A DNA stretch of 17,771 nt from an uncultured Oligoflexus sp. (GCA_964236955.1 CAXSGP010000096.1:1-17771), one strand, 5' to 3'. Numbered from the stretch's first letter, positions 1 to 8,506 are shown. Notes: generated by a model from the sequence alone, not told the origin. Translations and numbers: made by a program.

Positions 1-1364
1 TTTAATTCCCGCAGATGATCGATCGTCCAGCCGCGACGGAAGGCTTCCACCACCGCGAAAAGGCGCTTGTCGGTTGGTGAATTCAATTCCCGGCGAAGCT
101 CTTCGTCGCAGCCCTTATAGCGCATGGCGCTAAGGCCTTCAGCATGCTCGGTAACCATCCGTGTGGCCTTTTGCAAAGCCTCGGGGAAGCTCCGGCCGAT
201 CGCCATGACTTCGCCCACCGATTTCATCGTCGAGCCCAGATGACGATCCACACCTTGAAACTTCAAAAGATCCCAGCGGGGAAACTTGATCGTAATGTAA
301 TCGAGAGCCGGCTCGAAGAAGGCGCAGGTGATTCCGGTAACCGGGTTCTTAAGTTCCAGAAGATCATAGCCCAACACGACCTTTGCCGCGATGTAGGCTA
401 TGGGGTAACCCGAAGCCTTCGATGCCAGTGCCGACGATCGGGAAAGTCGCGCGTTGACTTCGATGATGTAGAAGTTGAGCGAATGAGGATCAAGGGCGTA
501 CTGGACGTTACATTCGCCGACAATGCCAAGTGAGGTGACGATCTTGATCGCCGCATTCCTGAGGATCTGATACTCATCGTCCGAGAGCGACTGGCTGGGA
601 CAAACGACGATGGAATCGCCGGTATGAATACCGAGAGGATCGAAGTTCTCCATGTTGCAGATCGTGATGGCGTTGCCTTCGGAGTCGCGCATGACTTCGT
701 ATTCAACTTCCTTCCAGCCCTTGAGCGATTTTTCCACCAAGACCTGAGGTGACGAGGCTAATGCCGGTAGCACGAGGGCCCGAAGCTCATCATCATTATT
801 TGCAAAACCCGAACCCAATCCACCCAAGGCAAAGGCCGCCCGGACGATAACGGGATAGGAAATCGTGTTGGCGGCCTTAAGGGCCTGAGGCAGGGTTTCG
901 CAGGCGAAACTTTCCGGAACAGGCATATCGATTTCGCGCATTTTCTGTGCGAACTCATCCCGATCTTCGGTCATTCGAAGGACGCTGGCGGGAGTGCCCA
1001 GGTTTAGCACCCCATGCTTTTTCAAGATTCCCTGCTCATCAAGCCTGATCAGACAATTCAAAGCGGTTTGGCCACCGAAGCCGGCGATGATCGCATCGGG
1101 GCGTTCACAGGCAATGATTTTCTCAACCCATTCGACTTCGACGGGATAGAGATAAACTTTGACGCCAGCGGTTGGATTCGTCTGGACTGTTGCAATATTG
1201 GGATTGACGACGATCACTTCGATTTTTTCTTCGATCAGAGCCTTGATCGCCTGGGTGCCCGAATAATCGAATTCACCGGCCTGACCAATGGACAGGCCGC
1301 CTGAACCCAGGATTAAGATTTTAGGACTACGGCCTAAATTGGCCAGTTGTTTGAGCATAGGCAT
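1..1364 (-). CDS. carB: Carbamoyl-phosphate synthase large subunit (5' part; continues past the left window edge)
   Basis: Absent from the ORF track because it has no stop in the window. Manual translation from ATG 1364, 1 nt after the carA stop: [43 protein letters not shown]...NPNIATVQT...[13 protein letters not shown]...[17 protein letters not shown]...[16 protein letters not shown]...[23 protein letters not shown]...FPRWDL...[21 protein letters not shown]. The frame is open to the edge. Alternative start at ATG 1358. Confidence 0.97.
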   Translation of the reverse strand, partial: MPMLKQLANLGRSPKILILGSGGLSIGQAGEFDYSGTQAIKALIEEKIEVIVVNPNIATVQTNPTAGVKVYLYPVEVEWVEKIIACERPDAIIAGFGGQTALNCLIRLDEQGILKKHGVLNLGTPASVLRMTEDRDEFAQKMREIDMPVPESFACETLPQALKAANTISYPVIVRAAFALGGLGSGFANNDDELRALVLPALASSPQVLVEKSLKGWKEVEYEVMRDSEGNAITICNMENFDPLGIHTGDSIVVCPSQSLSDDEYQILRNAAIKIVTSLGIVGECNVQYALDPHSLNFYIIEVNARLSRSSALASKASGYPIAYIAAKVVLGYDLLELKNPVTGITCAFFEPALDYITIKFPRWDLLKFQGVDRHLGSTMKSVGEVMAIGRSFPEALQKATRMVTEHAEGLSAMRYKGCDEELRRELNSPTDKRLFAVVEAFRRGWTIDHLREL

Positions 1365-1365
1365 A

Positions 1366-2481
1366 TTATTTTTTCACCTCAGCCAGGATCTGTTCAAATA
1401 TCCAAGATGTATCGCGCGGGCCGCCCGAGGCTTCCGGATGGAATTGCACGGAGCGGAAAGGCTTAGATTTGTGCCTTATGCCTTCGATCGTTTGATCGTT
1501 GACGTTCCGAAACCAAGCCTCCCATTCGCCTGGCAAAGATGCATCTTCGACCACATAACTGTGGTTTTGACTGGTGATATATCCGCGTCGTGTCCCCATT
1601 TCATAAACGGGCTGATTATGGCTTCGGTGACCATAGGCCATGCGGCGCGTGTTGGCGCCAGCCGCCAAAGAAAGTATCTGATGGCCAAGGCAAATGCCCA
1701 GTATCGGCCGATCCTGAGACAGAAGCGTTTCCACCTGCTGAACCAGATCGCCTGTGCGGGTCGGGTCGCCAGGTCCATTGGACAGGAGCCACATATCACA
1801 ATCAACATCGCTCAGACGAGTGTCCCAGGGAAGCAGCTGAACTTCACAATCGTAATCGAGGAGCTTGCGAATGATGTTCCACTTCACGCCACAATCAACG
1901 AGACCCACGCGGATCTTACCCTTGCCAAAGAGCCTGCGTTCCGCGGTTGAAACCTGGGAAAGTACGTTATGATTGCCCGGATCAAAGAAAGCGCTAACAT
2001 TCTTCGGCTGAAAAACTGGACCCATATCCCGATAGCCTTCGGGACGTTCGGGTTCGATTCGGGCTAGAAGATTAGGCGTCGATCGAATGAGGTGAACCAA
2101 ATGCCGGGTATCGAGACCAACTATGGCCGGAACACCTTGCGATGTCAGCCATTCATCAAGAGGTTGAAAACTGTTCCAATGAAAGACTTCCGAGCTATCG
2201 ATGGCTAAAATCACGGCTGCGGCTCGCGCCTTGGCGCTTTCAAAACCACGCGGTATAGGAAGTTCCAGCCCTCTTGGCAAATCGGGGATGCCGTAATTGC
2301 CGATAAGGGGATAGGTAAAACATAGAATCTGCCCAAAATAAGAAGGGTCGGTGATAGCTTCGCTATAGCCGACCATTCCAGTAGTAAAAACGAGTTCCCC
2401 ACTCGCCCGCAACGGGGCTCCAATGAGTTCCCCCGAAAAGCTGCTGCCATCCGAAAGAATTAACTGACATTTTTGGCGCAT
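1366..2481 (-). CDS. carA: Carbamoyl-phosphate synthase small (glutaminase) subunit
   Basis: [34 protein letters not shown], catalytic GICLGHQ, TSQNH and QFHPE motifs; directly upstream of carB. Confidence 0.97.
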   Translation of the reverse strand: MRQKCQLILSDGSSFSGELIGAPLRASGELVFTTGMVGYSEAITDPSYFGQILCFTYPLIGNYGIPDLPRGLELPIPRGFESAKARAAAVILAIDSSEVFHWNSFQPLDEWLTSQGVPAIVGLDTRHLVHLIRSTPNLLARIEPERPEGYRDMGPVFQPKNVSAFFDPGNHNVLSQVSTAERRLFGKGKIRVGLVDCGVKWNIIRKLLDYDCEVQLLPWDTRLSDVDCDMWLLSNGPGDPTRTGDLVQQVETLLSQDRPILGICLGHQILSLAAGANTRRMAYGHRSHNQPVYEMGTRRGYITSQNHSYVVEDASLPGEWEAWFRNVNDQTIEGIRHKSKPFRSVQFHPEASGGPRDTSWIFEQILAEVKK

Positions 2482-2634
2482 TTTATGGTCACCCCAAGGG
2501 TAGAGAAAGTAGGCCAGAAAAAAATTTGGTCGAAGATAGCCGATCGATCTCGAATTGGCTATGCTTTAGTCCGAATAAGAATATTGAGACAAGATATTTT
2601 TGACGTCCAGCGAAGGGACAGGAGTTCATAAACC

Positions 2635-3816
2635 ATGAAAACAAGACAAACTGTCATAGCTTATGCCAGCCGTACCGCAATAGGAAAAATGGGGGGCAGC
2701 CTGGCCGGCACTCCCGCTCCCCGTCTGGGTGCTGCTTTGGTAGAAGACGCCCTCAAAAAACTAGCTCTTAAAGGGGAAGCGGTCGATGAAATTATCATGG
2801 GTCAGGTCCTCACCGCAGGCGTGGGCCAAGCTCCCGCCCGGCAAACAGCGATTTTTGGAGGCCTGCCGAAATCGGTGGCTGCAACCACTCTCGGTAAGGT
2901 TTGCGGCAGTGGCATGAAGGCCGTGATGCTGGCCGACCAGGCCATCCGGGTGGGAGATGCCTCGATCATTTTTGCTGGCGGCCAGGAAAACATGAGCCTG
3001 GCACCTCACCTGTTGCCGAATTCTCGAAATGGCTATCGCTTCGGATCCTTTGAAGTCAAAGACTCGATGCAAATGGATGGTCTTTGGGATCCGTACAATA
3101 ATATTCCCATGGGTAACTGCGGTGAAATCTGCGCTAAGGAATTTAAATTCACGCGTGAAGCCCAGGATGAGTTCGCCTATCAAAGTTATCATCGTGCCCG
3201 CAAGGCGGTCGAGTCCGGGGTCTTCGCCGATGAGGTCGTGACCTTTGCGGTTCAGGACCGCAAGGGTACGAAGAACTTTGAAATCGACGAGGAGCCGTTC
3301 TCGGTCGATCTTGATCGTATCGCCACGCTGCGCCCTGCCTTCTCCAAGGATGGCACCATCACTGCAGCCAATGCCTCATCTATCAATGACGGTGCATCGC
3401 TCCTCGTACTCTGTTCCGAAGAAGCCGCGGCCGCCCATGGTCTTAAGCCTTTGGCCCGCATCGTTGCCCAGGCGTCCTTCGCTCAGGAGCCCCTGCAATT
3501 CACAACGGCGCCTATTGCGTGCATCAAAAAAGTTTTGCAGAAGGCCGAGCTGAAAACCACGGATATCGATCTCTATGAAATCAATGAAGCCTTCGCCATC
3601 GTAACGATGGCAGCGATCAAGGACCTTGAGCTCGATCCCTCGCGAGTCAACGTCAACGGCGGCTCGGTTGCCCTTGGTCATCCCCTAGGCTCGAGTGGAT
3701 CCCGAATCCTGGTTACGCTTATCCATGCCTTGAAAGCCCGCAAAGAAAAGCGTGGCCTGGCGGCGATTTGCATCGGTGGTGGTGAGGCCACCGCTCTTAT
3801 CATTGAGATGGCCTGA
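2635..3816 (+). CDS. Acetyl-CoA C-acetyltransferase (thiolase, AtoB/PhaA type)
   Basis: Thiolase motifs KVCGSGM (catalytic Cys), NDGAS, NEAF, GHPLGSSG, CIGGG; AGGAG RBS upstream of the ATG. Confidence 0.95.
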   Translation: MKTRQTVIAYASRTAIGKMGGSLAGTPAPRLGAALVEDALKKLALKGEAVDEIIMGQVLTAGVGQAPARQTAIFGGLPKSVAATTLGKVCGSGMKAVMLADQAIRVGDASIIFAGGQENMSLAPHLLPNSRNGYRFGSFEVKDSMQMDGLWDPYNNIPMGNCGEICAKEFKFTREAQDEFAYQSYHRARKAVESGVFADEVVTFAVQDRKGTKNFEIDEEPFSVDLDRIATLRPAFSKDGTITAANASSINDGASLLVLCSEEAAAAHGLKPLARIVAQASFAQEPLQFTTAPIACIKKVLQKAELKTTDIDLYEINEAFAIVTMAAIKDLELDPSRVNVNGGSVALGHPLGSSGSRILVTLIHALKARKEKRGLAAICIGGGEATALIIEMA

Positions 3817-3839
3817 ATTCTTAAGATTGAAATCAAACG

Positions 3840-3867
3840 AGCCCCATGTTTTCACAAGGGGCTTTTT
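3840..3867 (+). terminator. Rho-independent terminator after the thiolase gene (possibly bidirectional)
   Basis: AGCCCCATGT-TTTC-ACAAGGGGCT stem-loop running into TTTTT, about 24 nt after the thiolase stop, between convergent genes. Confidence 0.7.
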
Positions 3868-3895
3868 CGTGGATGCTTTTTATGGATATTGAGAT

Positions 3896-3904
3896 TGTGG
3901 ATAA
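3896..3904 (-). promoter_or_regulatory. Perfect DnaA box (TTATCCACA) with degenerate neighbours
   Basis: The + strand reads TGTGGATAA at 3896-3904; partial copies lie at 3848-3856, 3868-3876 and 3881-3889. Confidence 0.4.
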
Positions 3905-3916
3905 GAAAAGCTGACC

Positions 3917-4102
3917 TTATCCCTGGGCGATGACCTGGTGCTTGGCCGATTTGCTTTCGAGCCAGGCAGCGACATCGATGGCCCGTTTGGAATTGAGACC
4001 TTTGATACGATTTACAAAAATCGAGCAGCAGGCTTTGCAGCGCAGTTCTGGATTTTTTTTCCCATCGTATTTGGGATGGCGCATACAAACTATCTTTTCC
4101 AT
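3917..4102 (-). CDS. Small (61 aa) hypothetical protein with a C-x2-H...C-x2-CC putative metal-binding motif
   Basis: MEKIVCMRHPKYDGKKNPELRCKACCSIFV...; GGAG RBS 8 nt before ATG 4102; sigma-54-like promoter upstream; ends just before the terminator region. The ORF track start (GTG 4111) overlaps the RBS and is less likely. Confidence 0.65.
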   Translation of the reverse strand: MEKIVCMRHPKYDGKKNPELRCKACCSIFVNRIKGLNSKRAIDVAAWLESKSAKHQVIAQG

Positions 4103-4161
4103 TATTTCCACTCCGTAACAGCAGGTTCCAACAGCAACATGGGGTTCACACCGAGTAGTTA

Positions 4162-4177
4162 AGCAGGGACCGTGCCA
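4162..4177 (-). promoter_or_regulatory. Sigma-54 (RpoN) -24/-12 promoter
   Basis: Minus strand TGGCACG-GTCC-CTGCT versus consensus TGGCACG-N4-TTGCW: one mismatch, exact GG/GC spacing, intergenic, about 60 nt upstream of ATG 4102. Confidence 0.7.
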
Positions 4178-4188
4178 AGGACCAGTGA

Positions 4189-5994
4189 TTAGGAGGCGGC
4201 TTTTTTCTTTAAACGATTTTGCTCATTTAGGAGTTTTGAGAGCAGCTTGTGAGCATAACGTTTGTAGAGTTTGCGTGCGATTGCTCCGTTCTGATCCATC
4301 AACTGTTCAAACTCTGCACGCTTGATGCAAGCGAGGATGCAGGCCGTTGTCGCCGCAAATTTCACCTTGGTCGGCTGATCCTGAAGGAGCCATAGTTCGC
4401 CAAAGGTATCGGATGGCTGGAGACCATCCATCGGATTTTCGTGGCCCTCCCTGTCGACTCGAAAGACTGTGATGTTACCTTCGAGCAGGAAATAGATTCC
4501 GGCTGGCGCCTGATTATAGTCAAGGATCACATTGCCTTTGGTGAATTTACGCACCACGCAGATACTTCTCATAAGCTGCTGTTCGGCCGAGCTTAGGTCG
4601 ACCAGAAACTCAGCCCGAAAGAAGGGGTCCCAATCGACCAGGGGATCTGCGGTTTCGTTTGGCTCTTGCTGGGGCGGTACGAAGGGGGCGTTGGCACTGA
4701 GATAGCCTGCTGATGCCGCGGGTATGGCAAGCGCCTGTTGTTTTACGCTCTTGGCATTGGCGATTTTCGCAGCGTTAGCTTTTAATTCGACTTTATTGGG
4801 TTCTTTCATCGCATCCGTTGAAGTGTCTTGAATGCTAAATGGATTGCCGGGAGGCTGCATAGCCTTGGGCGGTGGTGCAGACGAGGTCCGGCCAGGAAGA
4901 TGGGTCTGGAGCTTTTCCGTTGCAAGGGGGGCAGGTTTGCTGGTGGCTTTGGCTGGAGATGTTCCATGGGTGGCGGCCAGGATGCGCATTTCGGTGGACT
5001 TGGATTTATTTTTGATGCGTTCGTAGCAAAAAGCCGCCCGCTCGTAAAGCTCACCTTTTTCAAAGGACTCGCCGGCCTTGTCGAACTCCTCCATCCGTTC
5101 GTAAACCATTCCGCTATACTCATAAGCGCCGACATTGCTAAACAAGGCCGCAAGAAGCAGGTTTTCTTCCGGTTTAAAGTCATTAAAAGCAATGAGTTCC
5201 GGGCCGATATCGATCGTGGTTCGCATAAACGCGGCGGTGGCCGATTTGAGGTTGTCGGTGCGGATCAGTTCGACGATGAGATCGGGAAGGCGCTTTTTCG
5301 CGATGAGAATATCGGAAAGGCGAATGTCGACACGATCGACAGATAATTTCTTGAGTAGGAATTCAAGTTCCGCGTCACTGAACGAAACCTTCTCAAGGTC
5401 CTGGAAGTTATCGACGAAATTTATATACTGCTCTATCGCTCGATCAAACTCTTTGATACTGAAGAATATTTTTGCCGCTTCATGATGTTTTCCCAATTCG
5501 AGGTAACATTCGGCGGCTTCAGCGCTGGCTTTGGCTTCAAGGAAATAGGGTATTGCCGTTGGCAGGTCACCGAGCTCCCTGGCGCAGCGGGCCACCTCGA
5601 GCGGCAGGTTGGCCTTTTTAAAACATTCCATCGCCTCTTTCCATAGACCGTTGCGAGCCAACAGGGAACCGGCGCGGTTGGGGCGTTGAATGCGGATGAG
5701 CGTGTCGGCCGCTTCACGAATAAAGCCAGCCTTTTCTAGAATGGTGATGGCTTCCCGCACCAATCCCATCGACTCAAGAATTTTTGATGAGCCTCGAAAG
5801 TTACCCTCTTGATAGAGTTTTTGAGCCTGGCGATAGGCGGCCTTGTCTGCGCCTTTAAGTTTGACCCGGTCGGAGGCGCGGTTTTGGTTATTACGACGCG
5901 CGTTGCCAGCCAGCTTGGAATTAACCATTTGCCAGACTAAGTAGGCGATCGTTAACGCTACTGCGATAACTCCTATGAGGGTGGTAGCCCGCAT
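4189..5994 (-). CDS. Membrane-anchored alpha-solenoid (TPR/SNAP/clathrin-repeat-like) protein with a C-terminal cyclic-nucleotide-binding-like domain
   Basis: N-terminal TM helix (LIGVIAVALTIAYLVW); repeats such as EAAECYLELGKHHEAAKIF and KAGESFEKGELYERAAFCYE; Pro/Ala-rich linker; cNMP fold (IYFLLEGNITV...FGELWLL...IKRAEFEQLM). Start moved to ATG 5994, which has AGGAG/GGAG upstream. Confidence 0.8.
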   Translation of the reverse strand: MRATTLIGVIAVALTIAYLVWQMVNSKLAGNARRNNQNRASDRVKLKGADKAAYRQAQKLYQEGNFRGSSKILESMGLVREAITILEKAGFIREAADTLIRIQRPNRAGSLLARNGLWKEAMECFKKANLPLEVARCARELGDLPTAIPYFLEAKASAEAAECYLELGKHHEAAKIFFSIKEFDRAIEQYINFVDNFQDLEKVSFSDAELEFLLKKLSVDRVDIRLSDILIAKKRLPDLIVELIRTDNLKSATAAFMRTTIDIGPELIAFNDFKPEENLLLAALFSNVGAYEYSGMVYERMEEFDKAGESFEKGELYERAAFCYERIKNKSKSTEMRILAATHGTSPAKATSKPAPLATEKLQTHLPGRTSSAPPPKAMQPPGNPFSIQDTSTDAMKEPNKVELKANAAKIANAKSVKQQALAIPAASAGYLSANAPFVPPQQEPNETADPLVDWDPFFRAEFLVDLSSAEQQLMRSICVVRKFTKGNVILDYNQAPAGIYFLLEGNITVFRVDREGHENPMDGLQPSDTFGELWLLQDQPTKVKFAATTACILACIKRAEFEQLMDQNGAIARKLYKRYAHKLLSKLLNEQNRLKKKAAS

Positions 5995-6025
5995 GCTCCG
6001 GTTGCTCCTTATCCTATGAATCAAG

Positions 6026-6053
6026 GTATCGGAGCATTTTCAGAAAGACTGAG
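6026..6053 (-). promoter_or_regulatory. Possible sigma-28 (FliA)-like promoter
   Basis: Minus strand CTCAG-N15-TCCGATAC, about 30 nt upstream of ATG 5994. The CCGATA core is exact; the -35 is degenerate and the spacing is 1 nt longer than consensus. Confidence 0.35.
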
Positions 6054-6099
6054 TTGGTCGATATTTAAAATGTTGATTTTATTGAAAAGAAAATGAAAC

Positions 6100-6699
6100 T
6101 CAAAGTTTATAGCCAAGCCATAGTTCGGTATAAGTGTCCCGAACCTCTCTCACTTTTTCGACTCCCGCATCAACCGTGGTTTCTTTTCCCGGAGATATCG
6201 TTTGCGTGAGCTTAAGCTGAAATCCTGCCCCCAGCTGAACCGCCAGGCCCAGACCATAGTTAGGCACCGGGTAAAGCGATTGGGTGCTGGTGGTACGACT
6301 GCCTTGATAATCGAATTGGTTGAGATAATCGCGTCGGGCAACCCCGCCAAAGATGAAGGGGGAGACGATACCCGTGTAGGGGATCAGGGTAAGGTCGACT
6401 GAGTTGGTGACGGATTCCGTGCGCTCCTGAAAAGGAATGTACATGTACGCCGTGTGAGTGGGGTTCACGCCTTTTTTCTGCCCGCCGTTATTGATGTAGG
6501 AACGTCTGTGGGTCAACCCGATCGAAACGTACTCGCCTAAACCGAGGCCAATGTTGGCGCTGATGGCGTGCGAAGTGGATTTTTCCAGGTTGGCGTTTGA
6601 GTTTTGGGCGGAGCCCGAGAGATTGATCGTTACAGCTCCCCATGCAAGCGTCGAGAGCCCACCGAACGCCAGACCAGCCGCGAGCAAAAATAAACGCAT
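6100..6699 (-). CDS. Secreted small outer-membrane beta-barrel protein
   Basis: Signal peptide (MRLFLLAAGLAFGGLSTLAWG); alternating amphipathic strands (SPFIFGGVARR, NYGLGLAVQL); C-terminal beta-signal-like ELWLGYKL; GAGGAG RBS. Confidence 0.7.
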   Translation of the reverse strand: MRLFLLAAGLAFGGLSTLAWGAVTINLSGSAQNSNANLEKSTSHAISANIGLGLGEYVSIGLTHRRSYINNGGQKKGVNPTHTAYMYIPFQERTESVTNSVDLTLIPYTGIVSPFIFGGVARRDYLNQFDYQGSRTTSTQSLYPVPNYGLGLAVQLGAGFQLKLTQTISPGKETTVDAGVEKVREVRDTYTELWLGYKL

Positions 6700-6754
6700 A
6701 CATCAGCTCCTCAATGCTATAAATGCTGGAGAAGTCGCAAAGTTGATGCTTCAA

Positions 6755-6783
6755 ATGCCAGGCGACCTGTATCATGCTATGCT
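6755..6783 (+). promoter_or_regulatory. Putative sigma-70 promoter (extended -10) for rppH
   Basis: ATGCCA-N17-TATGCT with TG at the extended -10 position (TGCTATGCT), about 70 nt upstream of ATG 6855. Confidence 0.35.
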
Positions 6784-6854
6784 GACTCTATGAGATCGTA
6801 GCATGGCCTGAATGCGTGGTATGTAGAGTCAATGTTTTGACGATAGGAAGATCG

Positions 6855-7301
6855 ATGGAAAAGCCTTACCGCCCCTGTGTCGTGGCTGTCATTCAAAATG
6901 AAAAAGGACTGTTGCTGGCCGGCGAACGAACCGACCAACCGGGTTCCTGGCAGCTGCCTCAGGGGGGTGTTGATCCGGGTGAAACGCCCTTAATTGCCAT
7001 CCTGCGGGAGCTGCACGAAGAGATCGGCAACTCGGCTCTCGATATCGTCAAACATCACGCAGAATGGATTCGCTATAATTTTCCACCGGAGTTTGCGACT
7101 GGTCGTATGGCGCAATGGGCGGGCCAGGAACAGCAGTGGTTTCTCTTGCGTTTTAAGGCGGGGGAAACGGCTCACCTTGAACTTTCCGAAGGCGAATTCA
7201 GCGCTCTTAAATGGATAAAACCAATCGAGCTGCTTGCCGGCATCGTCCATTGGAAAAAACAAGCCTATCAGATGGGTCTCAGTGCGTTTGGCCTCTTGTA
7301 G
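6855..7301 (+). CDS. rppH: RNA pyrophosphohydrolase / Ap4A-type Nudix hydrolase
   Basis: YRPCV, WQLPQGG, Nudix box GGVDPGETPLIAILRELHEEIG, GQEQQWFL and EF..LKW motifs typical of RppH/IalA. Start moved to ATG 6855. Confidence 0.85.
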   Translation: MEKPYRPCVVAVIQNEKGLLLAGERTDQPGSWQLPQGGVDPGETPLIAILRELHEEIGNSALDIVKHHAEWIRYNFPPEFATGRMAQWAGQEQQWFLLRFKAGETAHLELSEGEFSALKWIKPIELLAGIVHWKKQAYQMGLSAFGLL

Positions 7302-7315
7302 CGGGGAAACGGATT

Positions 7316-7744
7316 ATGTCGCGCCTCAGTATTTTAAATATGGCCATCGGTTTTATCGTCATTTTCTTTGCCGCTTGTGCCGGGGCCTTTGTTTCATTTG
7401 ATATGACTCAAGCCTTTCTCAAAGACCCCAGTCTACTTCATTCCTGGCAAACGACCCTTTTGGCCAGCGCCCATGGCCATAGCAACCTTTTTGGGCTGTT
7501 GCATATAGGCCTCGGACTGACCTTTCCCTATTCGCCCTTGCCCCTAAAATTCAAAGCCTGGCAAACCGCAGGATTGTTTGCCGGAGTGGTGGCCATGGGG
7601 CCATTGATGATGGTTCGGGCCTCTTACGGGGCAAGTGATTCCCTTGAAGGAATAGGCTTGGTCATCGGCGCTTTTCTTTCTCTTTCGCTCCTGACCCTTG
7701 CCAGTCACGCGGCAGCCCTTGTCTATCGATTTGTGAAAGCATAG
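7316..7744 (+). CDS. Hypothetical 4-TM membrane protein with an AHGHSNLFG motif
   Basis: Four hydrophobic segments. ATG 7316 lies 14 nt after the rppH stop; the ORF-track N-terminal extension overlaps rppH and was discarded. Confidence 0.75.
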   Translation: MSRLSILNMAIGFIVIFFAACAGAFVSFDMTQAFLKDPSLLHSWQTTLLASAHGHSNLFGLLHIGLGLTFPYSPLPLKFKAWQTAGLFAGVVAMGPLMMVRASYGASDSLEGIGLVIGAFLSLSLLTLASHAAALVYRFVKA

Positions 7745-7753
7745 AGTTGAACC

Positions 7754-8506
7754 ATGAGTAGACGCATCGTTTCCCTTGTGCCGAGCCTTAGTGAAACAGT
7801 CGTGAGTCAAGGGATGCGCGATGAGCTGGTGGGCTGTACCCAGTTTTGTGTGGAACCGGCCGACCTGCATCGCTCAGCGACGGTGGTAGGCGGCACCAAG
7901 GTCTTTGATTTAGCCTTGATTCGCAGCCTCAAACCCACCCATATCCTGGCCAATCAGGAAGAGAACCCGCAGGAAGCGATCGAAGCACTCCAGGCTGAAT
8001 ATCCTCTCCTGCTGACCTTTCCCAAAAGCCCGCACGATGTTCCGGCGATGCTCCGGGATATGGACCAGTTTCTTGCAAGCCGAGCGGTCTACTCGCCCCT
8101 GGCCGAACAACTGGAACGGCTTTTTCAAACGCTGCGGCCGCTCAACGACCCTATTCGATTTCTTTATTTTATATGGCGCGAACCTTATATGCTTGCCGGT
8201 CGTGATACGTATATTTCGCGATTTTTGGAATGTTTTGGCTTTGTCAATGCCTATGAAGGTAGGGTGCGTTATCCACAAGTCACGCTTGAAGAGATGGCTT
8301 GCCTCGAGGTCGACTGCTGTTTGCTTAGCAGCGAGCCCTATCCCTTTCGAAAGCGAGACGCAAAAAGGCTGCGCGACGAGTGGTCGCGTTGCCCTGAGAC
8401 TTTGAAAATAGATGGAAGACTGATGTCCTGGTATGGACATTCCAGTATGGAGGCGTGGCAAGTCCTGCAGTCCCTGGTGGACGGAGGGTCACTTAGCCCG
8501 CTTTGA
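7754..8506 (+). CDS. Helical-backbone metal receptor (BtuF/TroA-like binding protein) without a signal peptide
   Basis: RIVSLVPSLSE, LVGCTQFC, VGGTK..D...I..LKP..ILAN.EEN, YFIWREPYM, LLSSEPYPF and IDG...SWYG motifs. Confidence 0.85.
   Translation: MSRRIVSLVPSLSETVVSQGMRDELVGCTQFCVEPADLHRSATVVGGTKVFDLALIRSLKPTHILANQEENPQEAIEALQAEYPLLLTFPKSPHDVPAMLRDMDQFLASRAVYSPLAEQLERLFQTLRPLNDPIRFLYFIWREPYMLAGRDTYISRFLECFGFVNAYEGRVRYPQVTLEEMACLEVDCCLLSSEPYPFRKRDAKRLRDEWSRCPETLKIDGRLMSWYGHSSMEAWQVLQSLVDGGSLSPL

Noticed and set aside
1000..1330. Possible frameshift or pseudogene in carB, since it is missing from the ORF track
   Set aside because: Manual reading across the homopolymer runs near 1020 and 1320 keeps one frame. 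It is missing only because its stop lies outside the window.
144..1950. Plus-strand ORFs (129, 96, 220 aa) and short minus-strand ORFs over carAB
   Set aside because: They are antisense or off-frame shadows of the highly conserved carA and carB frames.
8269..8277. Second perfect DnaA box TTATCCACA
   Set aside because: It is isolated, lies inside a CDS (encoding R-Y-P-Q) and is compatible with chance.
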